Source: Heterodontus francisci (taxonomy: Eukaryota). Taken from it: 64,000 nucleotides of DNA. Both the position numbers and the translations under genes were made by a program. The stretch covers positions 42,688,430-42,752,429 of the forward strand of contig NC_090399.1 in assembly GCF_036365525.1 (NCBI RefSeq), in the 5' to 3' direction. Below are positions 49,180-63,300 of the stretch, piece by piece; positions within the stretch are counted from its first letter, which is position 1, and every line of letters begins with the position of its first letter. The notes beneath the pieces are model-generated. The model did no database searches, had not been told where the DNA came from, and saw only the letters and a list, made by a program, of their open reading frames with translations.

Positions 49180-51262
49180 GGAAATGCTCCGGTAAAAAGA
49201 ATAACAGGGAAGGTGAAGGGTAGGGGAGATTAAATGACAAAAGGGTTGATGGTGGAAAGCCAAAGGGAGTGGCAATGGGACAAGTAAAGAAACAAAAGTT
49301 GAGTCTGGAGGTGTAAATGACGGAATCATGAACAGCTGCTTCCGAAAGCAAAAACAATAGAAAAACGAGTTAAAATCAAAATCTGCAAAAAAAAAGGAAA
49401 CAAGAAAGGGGCCAGAGATGACAATCTGAAATTGTTGAACTCAATGTTGAGTCCAGAAGGCTGTAAAGTGCCTCAATGAAAGATGAGGTTCAGTTCCTCG
49501 AGATTCAATTGAGCTTCATTGGAACAGGAAGCCGAAGACAGAGAGATCAGAGTGGGAGCAAAGCGGAAAATTACAATGGAAGGCTGCTGGAAGCTCGGGA
49601 TCCTGCTTGCAGATTGAACAGAGGTGTTCTGCAAAGCAATCACCCAATCTGCATTTCATCTCCCAAATGTAGAGCAGACCACATCGTGAGCAGTGAATAC
49701 AGGAGACTAAATTGAAAGTACACAAAAATTGCTCTTTTACCTGGAAGGACTCTGTGGCCTTGGAAAGTGAGAAGGGAGGAACTAAATGGACAGGTGTTAC
49801 ATCTCCTGTGCTTGCAACGGAAAGGGGCCCAGGAAAGGGGAGAGGCTGTTGGGGGTGATTGAGGAGTGGACCAGGGTGTCGTGGAGGGAACTGTCCCTTT
49901 GGAATGTTGAAACTGGAGGGGGGAGATGCATTTGGTGGTCGTATCATGCTGGAGGTGGTTCAAATGGCCAAGGATGATCTGTTGAATACGGAGGCTGGTG
50001 GGGTGAAAGGTGGGGACAAGGGGAACTTCATCATGGTTCTGGGAGGGGAAGGGGTGAGGGCAGAAGTGCAGGAAATGGGACGGACACGGTGGGGGGACTC
50101 CTTGGTTGAGGAAAAAGGAAGACATATCGGAAGCATTGGGATGAAAGGTTGCATCATCAGAACAGATATGATGGGAGACGGAGAAACTGGGAGATTGAAA
50201 TGGAGTCGGAGTGTGAGGAAGAGTAATCGAGTTAGCTGAAGGAATCAGTGGGCCTATTGTGAATATTGGCTGATTGTCTCCATTCCTGGATGTAGGCTGA
50301 GAGGTCAAGGAAGGGAAGAGTTGGAGATGCAACATGTGAAGGTGAGTGAAGGGTGGAAATTGGAAGTTGATGCAATTTTCCAGATCAGTGTGATATCAGG
50401 AAATGGCACCAATACACTTTGTTTCCAATTTCCACTGATGAAAGGTCACAGACCTGAAACTTTAACTCTGTTTCTCTCTTCACAGATGCTGCCAGACCTG
50501 CTGTGCATTTCCAGAACTGTTTTAATTTCAGATTTCCAGCATCTGCATTATCTTTTATTTTAGCGATTTAATTAAAGCTCTTTCAATCTAGTATACTGTA
50601 TTCACTGCTCAGAATGTGATCTCCTCTGCAATGTGGAGAAAGCAGATTGGGTGACCGCTTTGCAGAACATCTCCATTCAGTCCGCATGCGTGACCCAAGC
50701 TTCCCGTTCCGTTATTTTAATTCTCCACCTTGATCCCACTCTGACATCTCTGTCTTCAGCCTCATACACTGTTTCAATGAAGCTCGAGGAACAGAACCTC
50801 ATCTTTCAATAAGGCATTTGACAGCCTTCCAGACTCAACATTGAGTTCAACTATTTCAGATTGTAATCCCTTCCTTTTTCTTTGCGGGTTTCAGTTTTAC
50901 TTTTGTTTTTATTCCTTTTCTTTGCTTTAGAAGGGCAGGTTTTCATGATTTTGCCAATCACACCTCCTCTTTACTTGTCCCATTACCACTCCCTTTGGCC
51001 TTGCAGCAACAACCCTTTTTTTCATTTAATCCCTTCTCCCGTCCACCCGATTACAGACATTCCCTTTTGCTCTATTTCCAACCTTCCCCGTTCCACCTGC
51101 TTAAACCCGATTACATTCCGAACATTTCCCAGTTCTGACAAAAGGGCATCGATCTTAAACGTTGGCAGTTTTGGCATCATCTGTAGAGAAATTGTTGAGT
51201 ATTTCCAGCATTTTCTATTTTTATTCAGATTTCCAGCAACCACAGTATTTTGCTCTTGTATT
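49180..51262. mobile_element. Penelope-like element remnants in inverted arrangement (- 49180-50410; + 50430-51262)
   Basis: GIY-YIG-type NLVSCIHCSRCGLLYIWE...RLGDCFAEHL on -, and a second NLVYCIHCSEC copy on + (about 50583); terminal repeats carry hammerhead-like cores. Confidence 0.8.
50431..50468 (+). ncRNA. Minimal hammerhead ribozyme motif (degenerate), Penelope-associated
   Basis: CTGATGA (50435-50441), AGGTC-ACA-GACCT stem II, GAAAC (50456-50460), then tttaact. The stem I 5' arm and stem III palindrome appear damaged. Confidence 0.6.
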
Positions 51263-51264
51263 GA

Positions 51265-54200
51265 TGCCCCAGTATCCAGCCTGGCACTGTCCCTCTCACA
51301 CCCCATTACTCACTGACTGAGGATTAATGCCCCAGCACCCAGTCTAGCACTATCCCTCTCACACACCATTATTTACTGACTGAGAACAACAAAGAACAAA
51401 CAAGCCTGTGCCGATCCAGATCCTCTATCTAAACATGTCGCCTATTTTCTTAGGGTCTGTATCTCTTTGCTTCCTGCTCATTCATGTATCTGTCTAGATA
51501 CATCTTAAAAGAAGCTATCGTGCCCGCGTCTACCACCTCCGCTGGCAACGCGTTCCAGGCACCCACCACCCTCTGTGTAAAGAACTTTCCACACATATCC
51601 CCCCTAAACTTTTCCCCTCTCACTTTGAACTCGTGACCCCTAGTAATTGAATCCCCCACTCTGGGAAAAAGCTTCTTGCTATCCACCCTGTCTATACCTC
51701 TCATGATTTTGTACACCTCAATCAGGTCCCCCCTCAACCTCCGTCTTTCTAATGAAAATAATCCTAATCTACTCAACCTCACTTCATAGCTAGCGCCCTC
51801 CATATAAGGCAACATCCTGGTGAACCTCCTCTGCACCCTCTCCAAAGCATCTACATCCTTTTGGTAATGTGGCGAACAGAACTGCACGCAGTATTCCAAA
51901 TGTGGCCAAACCAAAGTCTTATACAACTGTAACATGACCTGCCAACCCTTGTACTCAATACCCCGTCCGATGAAGGAAAGCATGCCGTATGCCTTCTTGA
52001 CCACTCTATTGACCTGCGTTGCCACCTTCAGGGAACAATGGACCTGAACACCCAAATCTCTCTGTACATCAATTTTCCCCAGGACTTTTCCATTTACTGT
52101 ATAATTCACTCTTGAATTGGATCTTCCAAAATGCATCACCTTGCATTTGCCCTGATTGAACTCCATCTGCCATTTCTCTGCCCAACTCTCCAATCTATCT
52201 ATATTCTGCTGTATTCACTGACAGTCCCCTTCACTATCTGCTACTCCACCAATCTTAGTGTCGTCTGCAAACTTGCTAATCAGACCACCTATACTTTCCT
52301 CCAAATCATTTATGTATATCACAAACAACAGTGGTCCCAGCACGGATCCCTGTGGAACACCACTGGTCACACGTCTCCATTTTGAGAAACTCCCTTCCAC
52401 TGCTACTCTCTGTCTCCTGTTGCCCAGCCAGTTCTTTATCCATCTAGCTAGTACACCCTGGACCCCATGCGACCTCACTTTCTCCATCAGCCTACCATGG
52501 GGAACCTTATCAAACGCCTTACTGAAGTCCATGTATATGACATCTACAGCCCTTCCCTCATCAATCAACTTTGTCACTTCCTCAAAGAATTCTATTAAGT
52601 TGGTAAGACATGACCTTCCCTGCACAAAACCATGTTGCCTATCACTGATAAGCCCATTTTCTTCCAAATGGGAATAGATCCTATCCCTCAGTATCTTCTC
52701 CAGCAGCTTCCCTACCACTGAGTTCAGGGTCACTATAATAATGCTATAATTACCTGGATTTTCCCTGCTACCCTTCTTAAACAAGGGGACAACATTAGCA
52801 ATTCTCCAGTCCTCCGGGACCTCACCCGTGTTTAAGGATGCTGCAAAGATATCTGTTAAGGCCCCAGCTATTTCCTCTCTCGCTTCCCTCAGTAACCTGG
52901 GATAGATCCCATCCGGACCTGGGGACATGTCCACCTTAATGCCTTTTAGAATACCCAACACTTCCTCCCTCCTTATGTCGACTTGACCTAGAGTAATCAA
53001 ACATCTGTCCCTAACCTCAACATCCGTCATGTCCCTCTCCTCGGTGAATACCGATGCAAAGTACTCGTTTAAAATCTCACCCATTTTCTCTGACTCCACG
53101 CATAACTTTCCTCCTTTGTCCTTGAGTGAGCCAATCCTTTCTCTCGTTACCCTCTTGCTCCTTATATATGAATAAAAGGCTTTGGGATTTTCCTTCACCC
53201 TGTTTGCTAAAGATATTTCATGACCCCTTTTAGCCCTCTTAATTCCTCGTTTCAGATTGGTCCTACATTCCCGATATTCTTTCAAAGCTTCGTCTTTCTT
53301 CAGCCTCCTAGACCTTATGTATGCTTCCTTTTTCCTCTTAGCTAGTCTCACAATTTCACCTGTCATCCATGGTTCCCTAATCTTGCCATTTCTATCCCTC
53401 ATCTTCACAGGAACATGTCCCTCCTGCACGCTAATCAACCTCTCTTTAAAAGCCTCCCACATATCAAATGTGGATTTACCTTCAAACAGCTGCTCCCAAT
53501 CTACATTCCCCAGCTCCTGCCGAATTTTGGTATAGTTGGCCTTCCCCCAATTTAGCACTATTCCTTTAGGACCACTCTCGTCTTTGTCCATGAGTATTCT
53601 AAAACTTACGGAATTGTGATCACTATTCCCAAAGTAGTCCCCTACTGAAACTTCAACCACCTGGCCGGGCTCATTCCCCAACACCAGGTCCAGTATGGCC
53701 CCTTCCCGAGTTGGACTATTTACATACTGCTCTAGAAAACCCTCCTGGATGCTCCTTACAAATTCTGCTCCATCTGGACCTCTAACACTAAGTGAATCCC
53801 AGTCAATGTTGGGAAAATTAAAATCTCCTACATCTTTCCATAATCTGTTTACATATTTGTACCTCTATCTCACGCTCGCTGTTGGGAGGCCTGTAGTACA
53901 GCCCCAACATTGTTACTGCACCCTTCCTATTTCTGAGTTCTGCCCATATTGCCTCACTGCTCGAGTCCTCCATAGTGTCCTCCTTCAGCACAGCTGTGAT
54001 ATCCTCTTTGACCAGTAATGCAACTCCTCCACCCCTTTTACCTCCCTCTCTATCCCGCCTGAAGCATCGATATCCTGGGATATATAGTTGCCAATCATGC
54101 CCTTCCCTCAACCAAGTCTCAGCAATAGCAATTACTTATTAAGGGTTAAGCCCAAGTACCCAGTCTAGAACTGTCCCTCTCACACACCATTACTCACTGA

Positions 54201-54692
54201 CTGAGGGTTAATGCCCCAGTACCCAGTCTGGCACTGTCCCTCTCACAATCCATTACTCACTGACTGAGGGTTAATGCCCCAGTACCCAGTCTAGCACTAT
54301 CCCTCTCACACCCCATTACTCACTGACTGAGGGTTAATGCCCCAGTACCCAGTCTAGCACTATCCCTCTCACACCCCATTATTCACTGACCAAGGATTAA
54401 TGCCCCAGTACCCAGTCTAGTACTATCCCTCTCACACCCCATTACTCACTGACCAAGGATTAATGCCCCAGTACCCAGTCTAGCACTATCCCTCTCACAC
54501 CCCATTACTCACTGACCGAGGGTTAATGCCCCAGTACCCAGTCTAGAACTGTCCCTCTCACAATCCATTACTCACTGACCAAGGATTAATGCCCCAGTAC
54601 CCAGTCTAGCACTGTCCCTCTCACACACCATTATTCACTGACTGAGGGTTAATGCCCCAGTACCCAGTTGGCTCTGTCTCTCACACCCCATT
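51265..54692. repeat. 63-bp minisatellite split by a CR1 insertion (about 2 units at 51265-51384, about 9 units at 54133-54692)
   Basis: Unit gccccagtacccagtctagcactatccctctcacaccccattactcactgactgagggttaat; starts at 54213, 54276 and 54339. Confidence 0.93.
51385..54132 (-). mobile_element. CR1 LINE with most of ORF2 (pseudogene)
   Basis: ORFs 53818-54111, 52215-53684 (489 aa; SDHNSV, YMDFSKAFD, FADDTK) and 51450-52193. Confidence 0.95.
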
Positions 54693-56597
54693 AAGAACAT
54701 CAGAAATAGGAACAGGAGTAGGCTATTCGGCCCCTCAAGCCTGCCCTGCCAATCAATAAGATCACGGCTGATCTGCCCAAGACCTCAACTCCTCTGCCAT
54801 GCCAGCTCCTCATAGCCCTCAACTCCCCAATATTTCAAAAATCTACCTCTTTTTTAAATACTTTCAGTGATCTAGTCTCCACAACTTTCTGGGGGAGAGA
54901 ATTCCAGACATTCACTACCCTCTGAGAGAAGAAATTCCTTCGCATCTCAGTTTTAAATGAGTGTCCCCTTATTCTGTAACTATGTCTCCTAGTTTGAGAT
55001 TCCCCCACTAGTGAAACATCTTCTCAACATCTACCCTGTAAAGCCGCCTCAGTATCTTGTACCTTTCAATAAGATCACCCCTCATTCTTCTAAATTTCGA
55101 ATGAATAAAGGCCTAACCTGTTTAGCTGTTCTTGATATGTCAACCCCTTCATCCCAGGAATCAGCCTCGTGAACCTCTTTTGAACTGCCTCCAATGCCAG
55201 TAAATCCTTTCATAAATACGGGGACCAAAATTAGACGCAGTACTCCAGGTGCGGTCTCACCAACACCCGGTACAGTTGTAATAAGATTTACCTATTTTTA
55301 AACTCCAACCCCCGAGCAATAAAGGCCAAAATTCCTTTTGCCGCCTTAGTTACTTGCTGCACCTGCATGCTAACTTTGTGTTTCATGCACAAGAACACCC
55401 AAATCCCTCTGTGCATTTAAATAATAGTCTGCCTTTTGATCTCACACTTCCCCACATTAAACTCCATCTGCCAGGTTTTTGCCCACTCACTCAACCTATC
55501 TATATCCCCTTTCAGATTCCTTATGTCCTCATCACAACATGGCTTCCCACCTATTTTGTATCATTAGCAAATTTGGATATATTACACTCTGCTCCCTCCT
55601 CCAAGTCATGAATATAGATAGTAAATAATTGAGGCCCCAAGCCTGATCCTTATGGCGCTCCATTAGTTATGTATTTCCAACCTGAAAAAGACCCATTAAT
55701 CCAGAATCTGTCTTCTGTGAGTTAACCAATCCTCAATCCATGCTAATACATTACCTCCAATACCATGAGCTCCTATCTTGTGCAATAATCTTTTATGTGA
55801 CACCTTATCAAATGCCTTCTGGAAATCTAAATACACTCCATCTACCGGTTCCCCGTTATCCCAAATAACTCTAGCAAATCTGTCAAACATGATTTCCCTT
55901 TCACAAAACCATGTTGACTCTGTTTGATTACGTTAAGCTTTTCTAAATGTCCTGCTATTTCTTTCTTAATAATGGACTCCAGCATTTTCCCAATGACCGA
56001 TGTTAAGCTGACTGGCCTGTAGTTTCTTGCTTTTTGTTTCCCTCCCTTCTTGAACAGGGGCATCACATTAGTGGTTTTCCAATCCGCTGGACCCTCCCAG
56101 AATCCAGTGAGTTCTGGAATATTTCGACCAATGCCTCCACTATCTCTGCAGCCACCTCCTTTAAAACCCTTGGATGTAGGCCATCAGGTCCTGGGAACTT
56201 GTCTGCCTTTAGCCCCATTAGTTTGTCAAATACTTTGTCCATCGTGATAGAGACTGTTACAAGATCTTTCCTCCCATTAGCTCCTTGCTATCTGATATCT
56301 GTGGGATGTTTATAGTGTCCTCCACCGTGAAGACTGATGCAAAATATTGGTTTAAATTATCTGCCATTTCCCTGTTCCCCGTTATCAATTCTCCAGTTGC
56401 ATCCTCCAAGGGTCCCACACTCACTTTAGCTACTCTCTTTTTATATATCCGTAGAAGCTCTTGCTGTTTGCTTTTATATTTTTTGCCTATTTACTTTCAG
56501 AATCAATTGTCTCCCTCATTATTAGCTTTTTAGTCATCCACTGCTGGTTCCTAAAAAATTCCCTGTCGACTGGCCGACCATTAGTTTTTGCTGCTTT

Positions 56598-59500
56598 TTT
56601 AAAAATTCATTCATGGGATGTGGGCGTCGCTGGCCAGGCCAGCATTTATTGCCCATCCCTAATTGCTTTTGAGAAGGTGGTGGTGAACTGCCTTCTTGAA
56701 CCGCTGCAGTCCATTTGGGGTAGGTACACCCATGGTGCTGTTAGGAAGGTTGTTCCAGGATTTTGACCCAGCAACAGTGAAGGAACAGCAATATAGTTCC
56801 AAGTCAGGATGGTGTGTGACTTGGAGGGGAACTTGCAGGTGGTGGTGTTCCCATGTACTTGCTGCCCTTGTCCTTCTAGTTGGAAGAGGTCGCGGGTTTG
56901 GAAGGTGCTGTCTGAGGAGCCTTGGTGCATTGCTGCAGTGCATCCTGTAGATCGTACACACTGCTGCCACAGTGCGTCAGTGGTGGAGGGAGTAAATGTT
57001 TGTAGATGGGGTGCCAATCAAGTGGGCTGCTTTGTCCTGGATGGTGTCGAGCTTCTTGAGTGTTGCTGGAGTTGCACCCATCCAGGCAAGTGAAGAGTAT
57101 TCCATCACTCTCCTGACTTGTGCCTTGTAGATGGTGGACAGGCTTTGGGGAGTCAGGAGGTGAGTTACTTGCCTCAGGATTTCTAGCCTCTGACTTGCTA
57201 CTCCAGTTCAGTTTCTGGTCAATGGTAACCCCGAGGATGTTGATAGTGGGGGATTCAGCGATGGTAATGCTGTTGAATGTCAAGGGGAGATGGCTAGATT
57301 CTCTCTTGTTGGAGATGGTCATTGCTTGGCACTTGTGTGGCGCGAATGTTACTTGCCACTTATCAGCCCAGGCCTGGATATTGTCCAGGTCTTGCTGCAT
57401 GTCGACACGGACTGCTTCAGTATCTGAGGAGTCACGAATGGTGCTGAACATTGTGCAATCATCAGCGAACATCCCCACTTCTGACCTTATGATTGAAGGA
57501 AAGTCATTGATGAAACAGCTGAAGATGGTTGGGCCCAGGACACTACCCTGAGGAACTCCTGCAGTGATGTCCTGGAGCTCAAATGATTGACCTCCAACAA
57601 CCACAACCATCTTCCTTTGTGTTAGGTATGACTCCAGCCAGCGGCGGGTTTTCCCTCTGATTCCCATTGACCTCAGTTTTGCTAGGGCTCCTTGATGCCA
57701 TACTCGGTCAAATGCTGCCTTGATGTCAAGGGCAGTCACTCTCACCTCACCTCTTGAGTTCAGCTCTTTTGTCCATGTTTGAACCAAGGCTGTAATGAGG
57801 TCAGGAGCTGAGTGGTCCTGGCAGAACCCAAACTAAGCATCACTGAGCAGGTTATTGCTAAGCAAGTGCCGCTTGATAGCACTGTTGATGACATCTTCCA
57901 TCACTTTACTGATGATTGAGAGTAGGCTGATGGGGCGGTAATTGGCCGGGTTGGACTTGTCCTGCTTTTTGTGTACAGGACATACCTGGGCAATTTTCCA
58001 CATTGCAAGGTAGATGCCAGTGTTGTAGCTGTACAGGAACAGCTTGGCTAGGGGCGCGACAAGTTCTGGAGCACAGCTTTTCAGTACTATTGCCGGAATA
58101 TTGTCAGGGCCCATAGCTTTTGCAGTATCCAGTGCCTTCAGTCGTTTCTTGATATCACGCGGAGTGAATCGAATTGGCTGAAGTCTGGCATCTATGATGC
58201 TGGGGACTTCAGGAGGAGGCCGAGATGGATCATCAACTCGGCACTTCTGGCTGAAGATTGTTGCAAATGCTTCAGCCTTATCTTTCGCACTGATGTGCTG
58301 GGCTCCCCCATCATTGAGGATGGGGATATTTGTGGAGTCACCTCCTCCAGTTAGTTGTTTCATTGTCCACCACCATTCACGGCTGGATGTGGCAGGAGTG
58401 CAGAGCTTAGATCTGATCTGTTGGTTATGGGATCGCTTAGCTCTGTCTATCGCATGCTGCTTACGCAGTTTGGCATGCAGATAGTCCTGTGTTGTAGCTT
58501 CACCAGGTTGACATTTTGAGGTATGCCTGGTGCTGCACCTGGCATGCCCTGCTGCACTCTTCATTGAACCAGGGTTGGTCTCCTGGCTTGATGGTAATGG
58601 TAGAGTGGGGGATATGTCAGGCCATGAGGTTACAGATTGTGGTTCAGTACAATTCTGCTGCTGCTGATGGCCCACAGCTCCTCATAGATGCCCGGTTTTG
58701 CATTGCTAGATCTGTTTGAAATCTATCCCATTTAGCACGGTGATAGTGCCACACAACACGATGGACGGTATCCTCAATGTGAAGGCGTGACGTCGTCTCC
58801 ACAAGGACTGTGCGGTGGTCACTCCTACCAATGCAGTCATGGACAGAAGCATCTGCAGCAGGCAGATTGGTGAGGACGAGGTCAAGTATGTTTTTCCCTC
58901 GTGTTGGTTCCCCCAGCACCTGCCACAGACCCAGTCTAGCAGCTATGTTCTTTAGGACTCGGCCAGCTCGGTCAGTAGTGGTGCTACCGAGCCACTCTTT
59001 GTGATGGACATTGAAGTCCCCCACCCAGAGTACATTCTGTGCCCTTGCCACCCTCAGTGCTTCCTCCAAATGGTGTTCAACATGGAGGAGTACTGAGTCA
59101 TCAGCTGAGGGAGGGCGGTAGGTGGTAATCAGTAGGAGGTTACCTTGCCCATGTTTGACCTGATGCCATGAGACTTCATGGGGTCCGGAGTCGATGTTGA
59201 GGACTCCCAGGGCAACTCCCTCCGTACTGTATACCACTGTCCCGCCACCTCTGGTGGGTCTGTTCTGCTGGTGGGACAGGACATACCCGGGGATGGTGAC
59301 GGCAGTGTCTGGGACATTGCCTGTAAGGTATGATTCTGTGAATATGACTATGTCAGGCTGTTGCTTGATTAATCTGTGGGACAGCTCTCCCAACTTTAGA
59401 ACAAGCCCCCAGATGTTAGTAAGGAGGACTTTTCAGGGTCGACAGGGCTGGGTTTGCCGTTGTCGTTTCCGGTGCCTAGGTCGATGCCAGGTGGTCTGTC

Positions 59501-59815
59501 CAGTTTCATTCCTTTTTAATGACTTCGTAGCGATTAGGTACAACTGAGTGGCTTGCTAGGCCATTTCAGAGGGCATGTAAGAGTTACCCACATTGCTGTG
59601 GGTCTTGAGTCACATGTATGCCAGACCAGGTAAGGACAGCAGATTTCCTTCCCTGAAGGACATTAGCGAACCAGATGGGTTTTTACAACAATCGACAATG
59701 GTTTCGTGGCCATCATTAGACTAGCTTTTAATTCCAGATTTATTAAACAAATTCAAATTCCACCTTCTGCTGTGGTGGCATTCGAACCCATGTCCCCAGA
59801 GAAATACCCTGGGTC
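56598..59815 (-). mobile_element. Near full-length CR1/L2-group LINE lacking ORF1, with tRNA/Deu-SINE-like 5' head
   Basis: EN (TNIWGL, TESYL, VGDFN, SDHR) and RT (LDIKAAFDRVWH, GVPQGSVLGP, FADDC) in ORFs 58644-59393, 57833-58675 and 56876-57787; B-box ggttcgaatgcc at 59777-59788 on -. Confidence 0.88.
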
Positions 59816-60310
59816 TTTGTATGCCTTAGTTTTTGATTGGATACTCTCCTTGACTGCCTTTGTTAACCATGAGTGGTTCATCGTTCTCATCAGGTCCTTC
59901 TTTTTGGCCGCGATAAATTTTTGCTGAGCATTATGAAATATTTGCTTAAATGTCTGCCACTGCTCATCCACTGACCTTCCTGTGAGTCTATTTTCCCAGC
60001 CCGCTTTAGGCAACTCTTTCTTCATACCTCCGTAATTGCCCTTGTTTAAGTTGAGGACACTGGTTTGAGACCCGAGTTGCTTGCCCTGAAACTGAATTTG
60101 AAATTCTACCATGTTGTGATTGCTACCCCCTAGAGGATCCTGAACTACGATATCTCTTATTAATCCTACCTCATTACACATTACTAGATATAAAATAGCC
60201 TGTTTCTTGGTAGGTTCTGCAACGTATTGCTCTAAGTAACAATCCCTGATGCACTCTACAAATTTCTCTCCCATGTTATCTCTGCTAATCTGATTTGTCC
60301 AGTCAATATT

Positions 60311-63300
60311 AAGAGTTGGTGCAGGAGGGAGGGTTTTAGATTCCTGGACCACTGGGACCTGTACAAGCGGGACGGTCTGCATCTGAACCAGAGGGGGACT
60401 AACATCCTTGCTGGAAGGTTTGCTGGTGCTGTTGGGAGGAGTTTAAACTAATTTGGCAGGGGGAGGTGACGCAGACTCCTAGCAGAATAGGGACACAGCT
60501 AAACACAGGAAAGCAAGCAAGCCAGAGGGAATACAGCGGAAGTAAGTTTCAAGGGAGTAAGACCAGGATGGATGGCCTCTACTTTAATGCCAGGAGTATT
60601 ACAGGTAAAGCGGATGAGTTAAGGGCAAGGATTGACACGTGGAATTGTGATATAGTAGCCATCACGGAGACATGGCTGAGGGAGGGGCAGGATTGGCAGC
60701 TCAATATCCTGGGATATACAATCTTCAGGCGAGACAGAGGAAGGGGTAAAAGAGGGGAGGGCATTGCAATATTAGTTAAGGAGTCAGTTACTGCAGGAAG
60801 GAGAGATGATATCTTGGAGGGGGCATCAAATGAAGCTTTATGGGTAGAGTTTAGGAATAAAAAAGGGACAGCCACATTGCTAGGTGTTTATTATAGACCC
60901 CCAGATAGTCAGCAGGAAATTGAGGAGCAAATATGTGCACAATTCGCAGAGGTGTGTAAAAATAATAATTCTTTGGCCTCCTTATCTCGAGAGACAATGG
61001 ATACGCGCCTGGAGGTGGTCAGTGGTTTGTGAAGCAGCGCCTGGAGTGGCTATAAAGGCCAATTCTAGAGTGACAGGCTCTTCCACAGGGGCTGCAGAGA
61101 AATTTGTTTGTCTGGGCTGTTGCGCAGTTGGCTCTTCCCTTGCGCCTCTGTCTTTTTTCCTGCCAACTACTAAGTCTCTTCGACTCGCCACATTTTAGCC
61201 CCGTCTTTATGGCTGCCCACAGAGGTGTGTAAAAATAATAATAGGGTAATTATATTAGATGATTTCAACTTTCCCAACATTAATTGGGATAGTCATCGTG
61301 TTAAGGGCTTAGATGGACTGGAGTTCTTAAAATGTATACAGGAGAACTTTTTAGCTCAATATGTAGAGGGTCCAACAAGAGAAGGTGCAGTGCTGGAGCT
61401 AATTCTTGGGAATGAAGCCGTACAGGTGGTTGATGTGTTGGTGGGGGTGCATTTTGGTGATAGCAACCACAACATGGTAAAATTTAAGCTTGTTATGGAG
61501 AAAGAAATAGACAAGTTGCAAAAAAAGGTTTTGGATTGGGGGAGAACGAATTTTAGTATAATAAGGCAGGATCTGGCCAAGGTAGACTGGAAAGAGTTAC
61601 TTGTCGGGAAATCTGCAGAAGAACAGTGGGGTGCATTCGAAAAGGAAATGGGGAGGGTACAGGCCCAACATGTTCCCTCTAGGGTAATAGGTAGGAGCAA
61701 CAAGCCCAGAGAACCATGGATGACCAGAAACATTCAGGGTACGATGAGAAGGAAAAGAGAGGCTTTTAGCAAATACAAGGAGAGCAAATCAACGGAAGCA
61801 TCAGTGGAGTACAGAAAGTGTAGGATGGAGCTTAAGAAAGCAATTAGGAGAGCAAAGAGGGGATATGAGAAAGCTCTGGCTGGTAAAAGCAGGGAAAATC
61901 CCAAGATATTTTATAAGCATATCAATGGAAAGAGGATAACCAGGGAAAGAGTAGGACCCATTAGGGACCAATGGGGAAATCTGTGGGTGGAGCCAGAGGA
62001 CATTGGTAGGGTGTTGAATGAATACTTCACATCTGTCTTCACCCAAGAGAATGAGGATGTAGATATGGAACTCAAAGAGACTGTGAGGTTCTTGAGCAAA
62101 TTGTCATAGGGAGTGACAAAGTATTGGAGGTTTTGGCAGGCTTAAAAGTGGACAAATCTCCAGGTCCAGACGATTTGTGTCCCAGGATGCTGTGGGAGGC
62201 GAGGGTGGAGATTGCAGGGGCTCTGACCTTAATTTTTAATTCCTCTTTGGCCACGGGGGAGGTGCCAAAGGACTGGAGAACAGCTAAAGTGGTCCCACTA
62301 TTTAAGAAAGGTTGTAGAGATAAGCCAGGGAACTACAGACCAGTGAGTCTCATGTCAGTGGTAGGGAAACTATTGGAGAAAATTCTGAAGGAGAGAATCT
62401 ATCTCCACTTGGAGAGCCAAAATTTGATTAGGAATAGTTAACATGGCTTTGTCAGAGGGAGGTCATGCCTAACAAATTTGATTGAATTTTTTGAGCATGT
62501 GACCAGGTGTGTCGATGAGGGTAGTGCAGTTGATGTAATTTACCTGGATTTCAGCAAAGCCTTTGACAAGGTCCCACATGGGAGACTTATCAAGAAAGCA
62601 AATGCACATGGGATACAGGGTAACTTGATGAGATGGATTCAAAATTGGCTTAGCGTAGGAGACAGAGAGTGATGACAGACGGCTGTTTTAGTGACTGGAA
62701 GCCAGTGTCCAGTGGCGTACCACAGGGATCTGTGCTGGGTCCCCTATTGTTTGTCATTTATATAAACGACATAGATGACTATGTGGGGGGCAGGATCAGT
62801 AAGTTCACGGATGACACAAAGATTGGCCGAGTGGTTAACAGTGAGGTTGAGTGTCTTGGGTTACAGGAAGATATAGACGAGATGGTCAAGTGGGCAGAAA
62901 AGTGACAGATGGAATTTAACCCTGAAAAGTGTGAGGTGATACACTTTGGAAGGAGTAATGTGACACGGAAGTATTCAATGAATGGCCTGACACTGGGAAG
63001 TTCCAAGGAACAAAGGGAACTTGCCGTGTTTGTCTATAGATCTCTGAAGGCAGAAGGGCAGGTTAATAGGGTGGTGAAAAAGGCATATGGGACACTTGCC
63101 TTTATCAATCGAGGCATAGATTACAAAAGCAGAGAGGTCATGTTGGAGTTGTATAGAACTTTGGTAAGGCCACAGCTGGAGTACTGTGTGCAATTCTGGT
63201 CGCCACATTATTGGAAGGTTGTGATTGCACTGGAGGGGTTCAGAGGAAATTCAGCAGGATGTTGCCTGGGATGGAACATTTAAGCTATGAAGAGAGGTTG

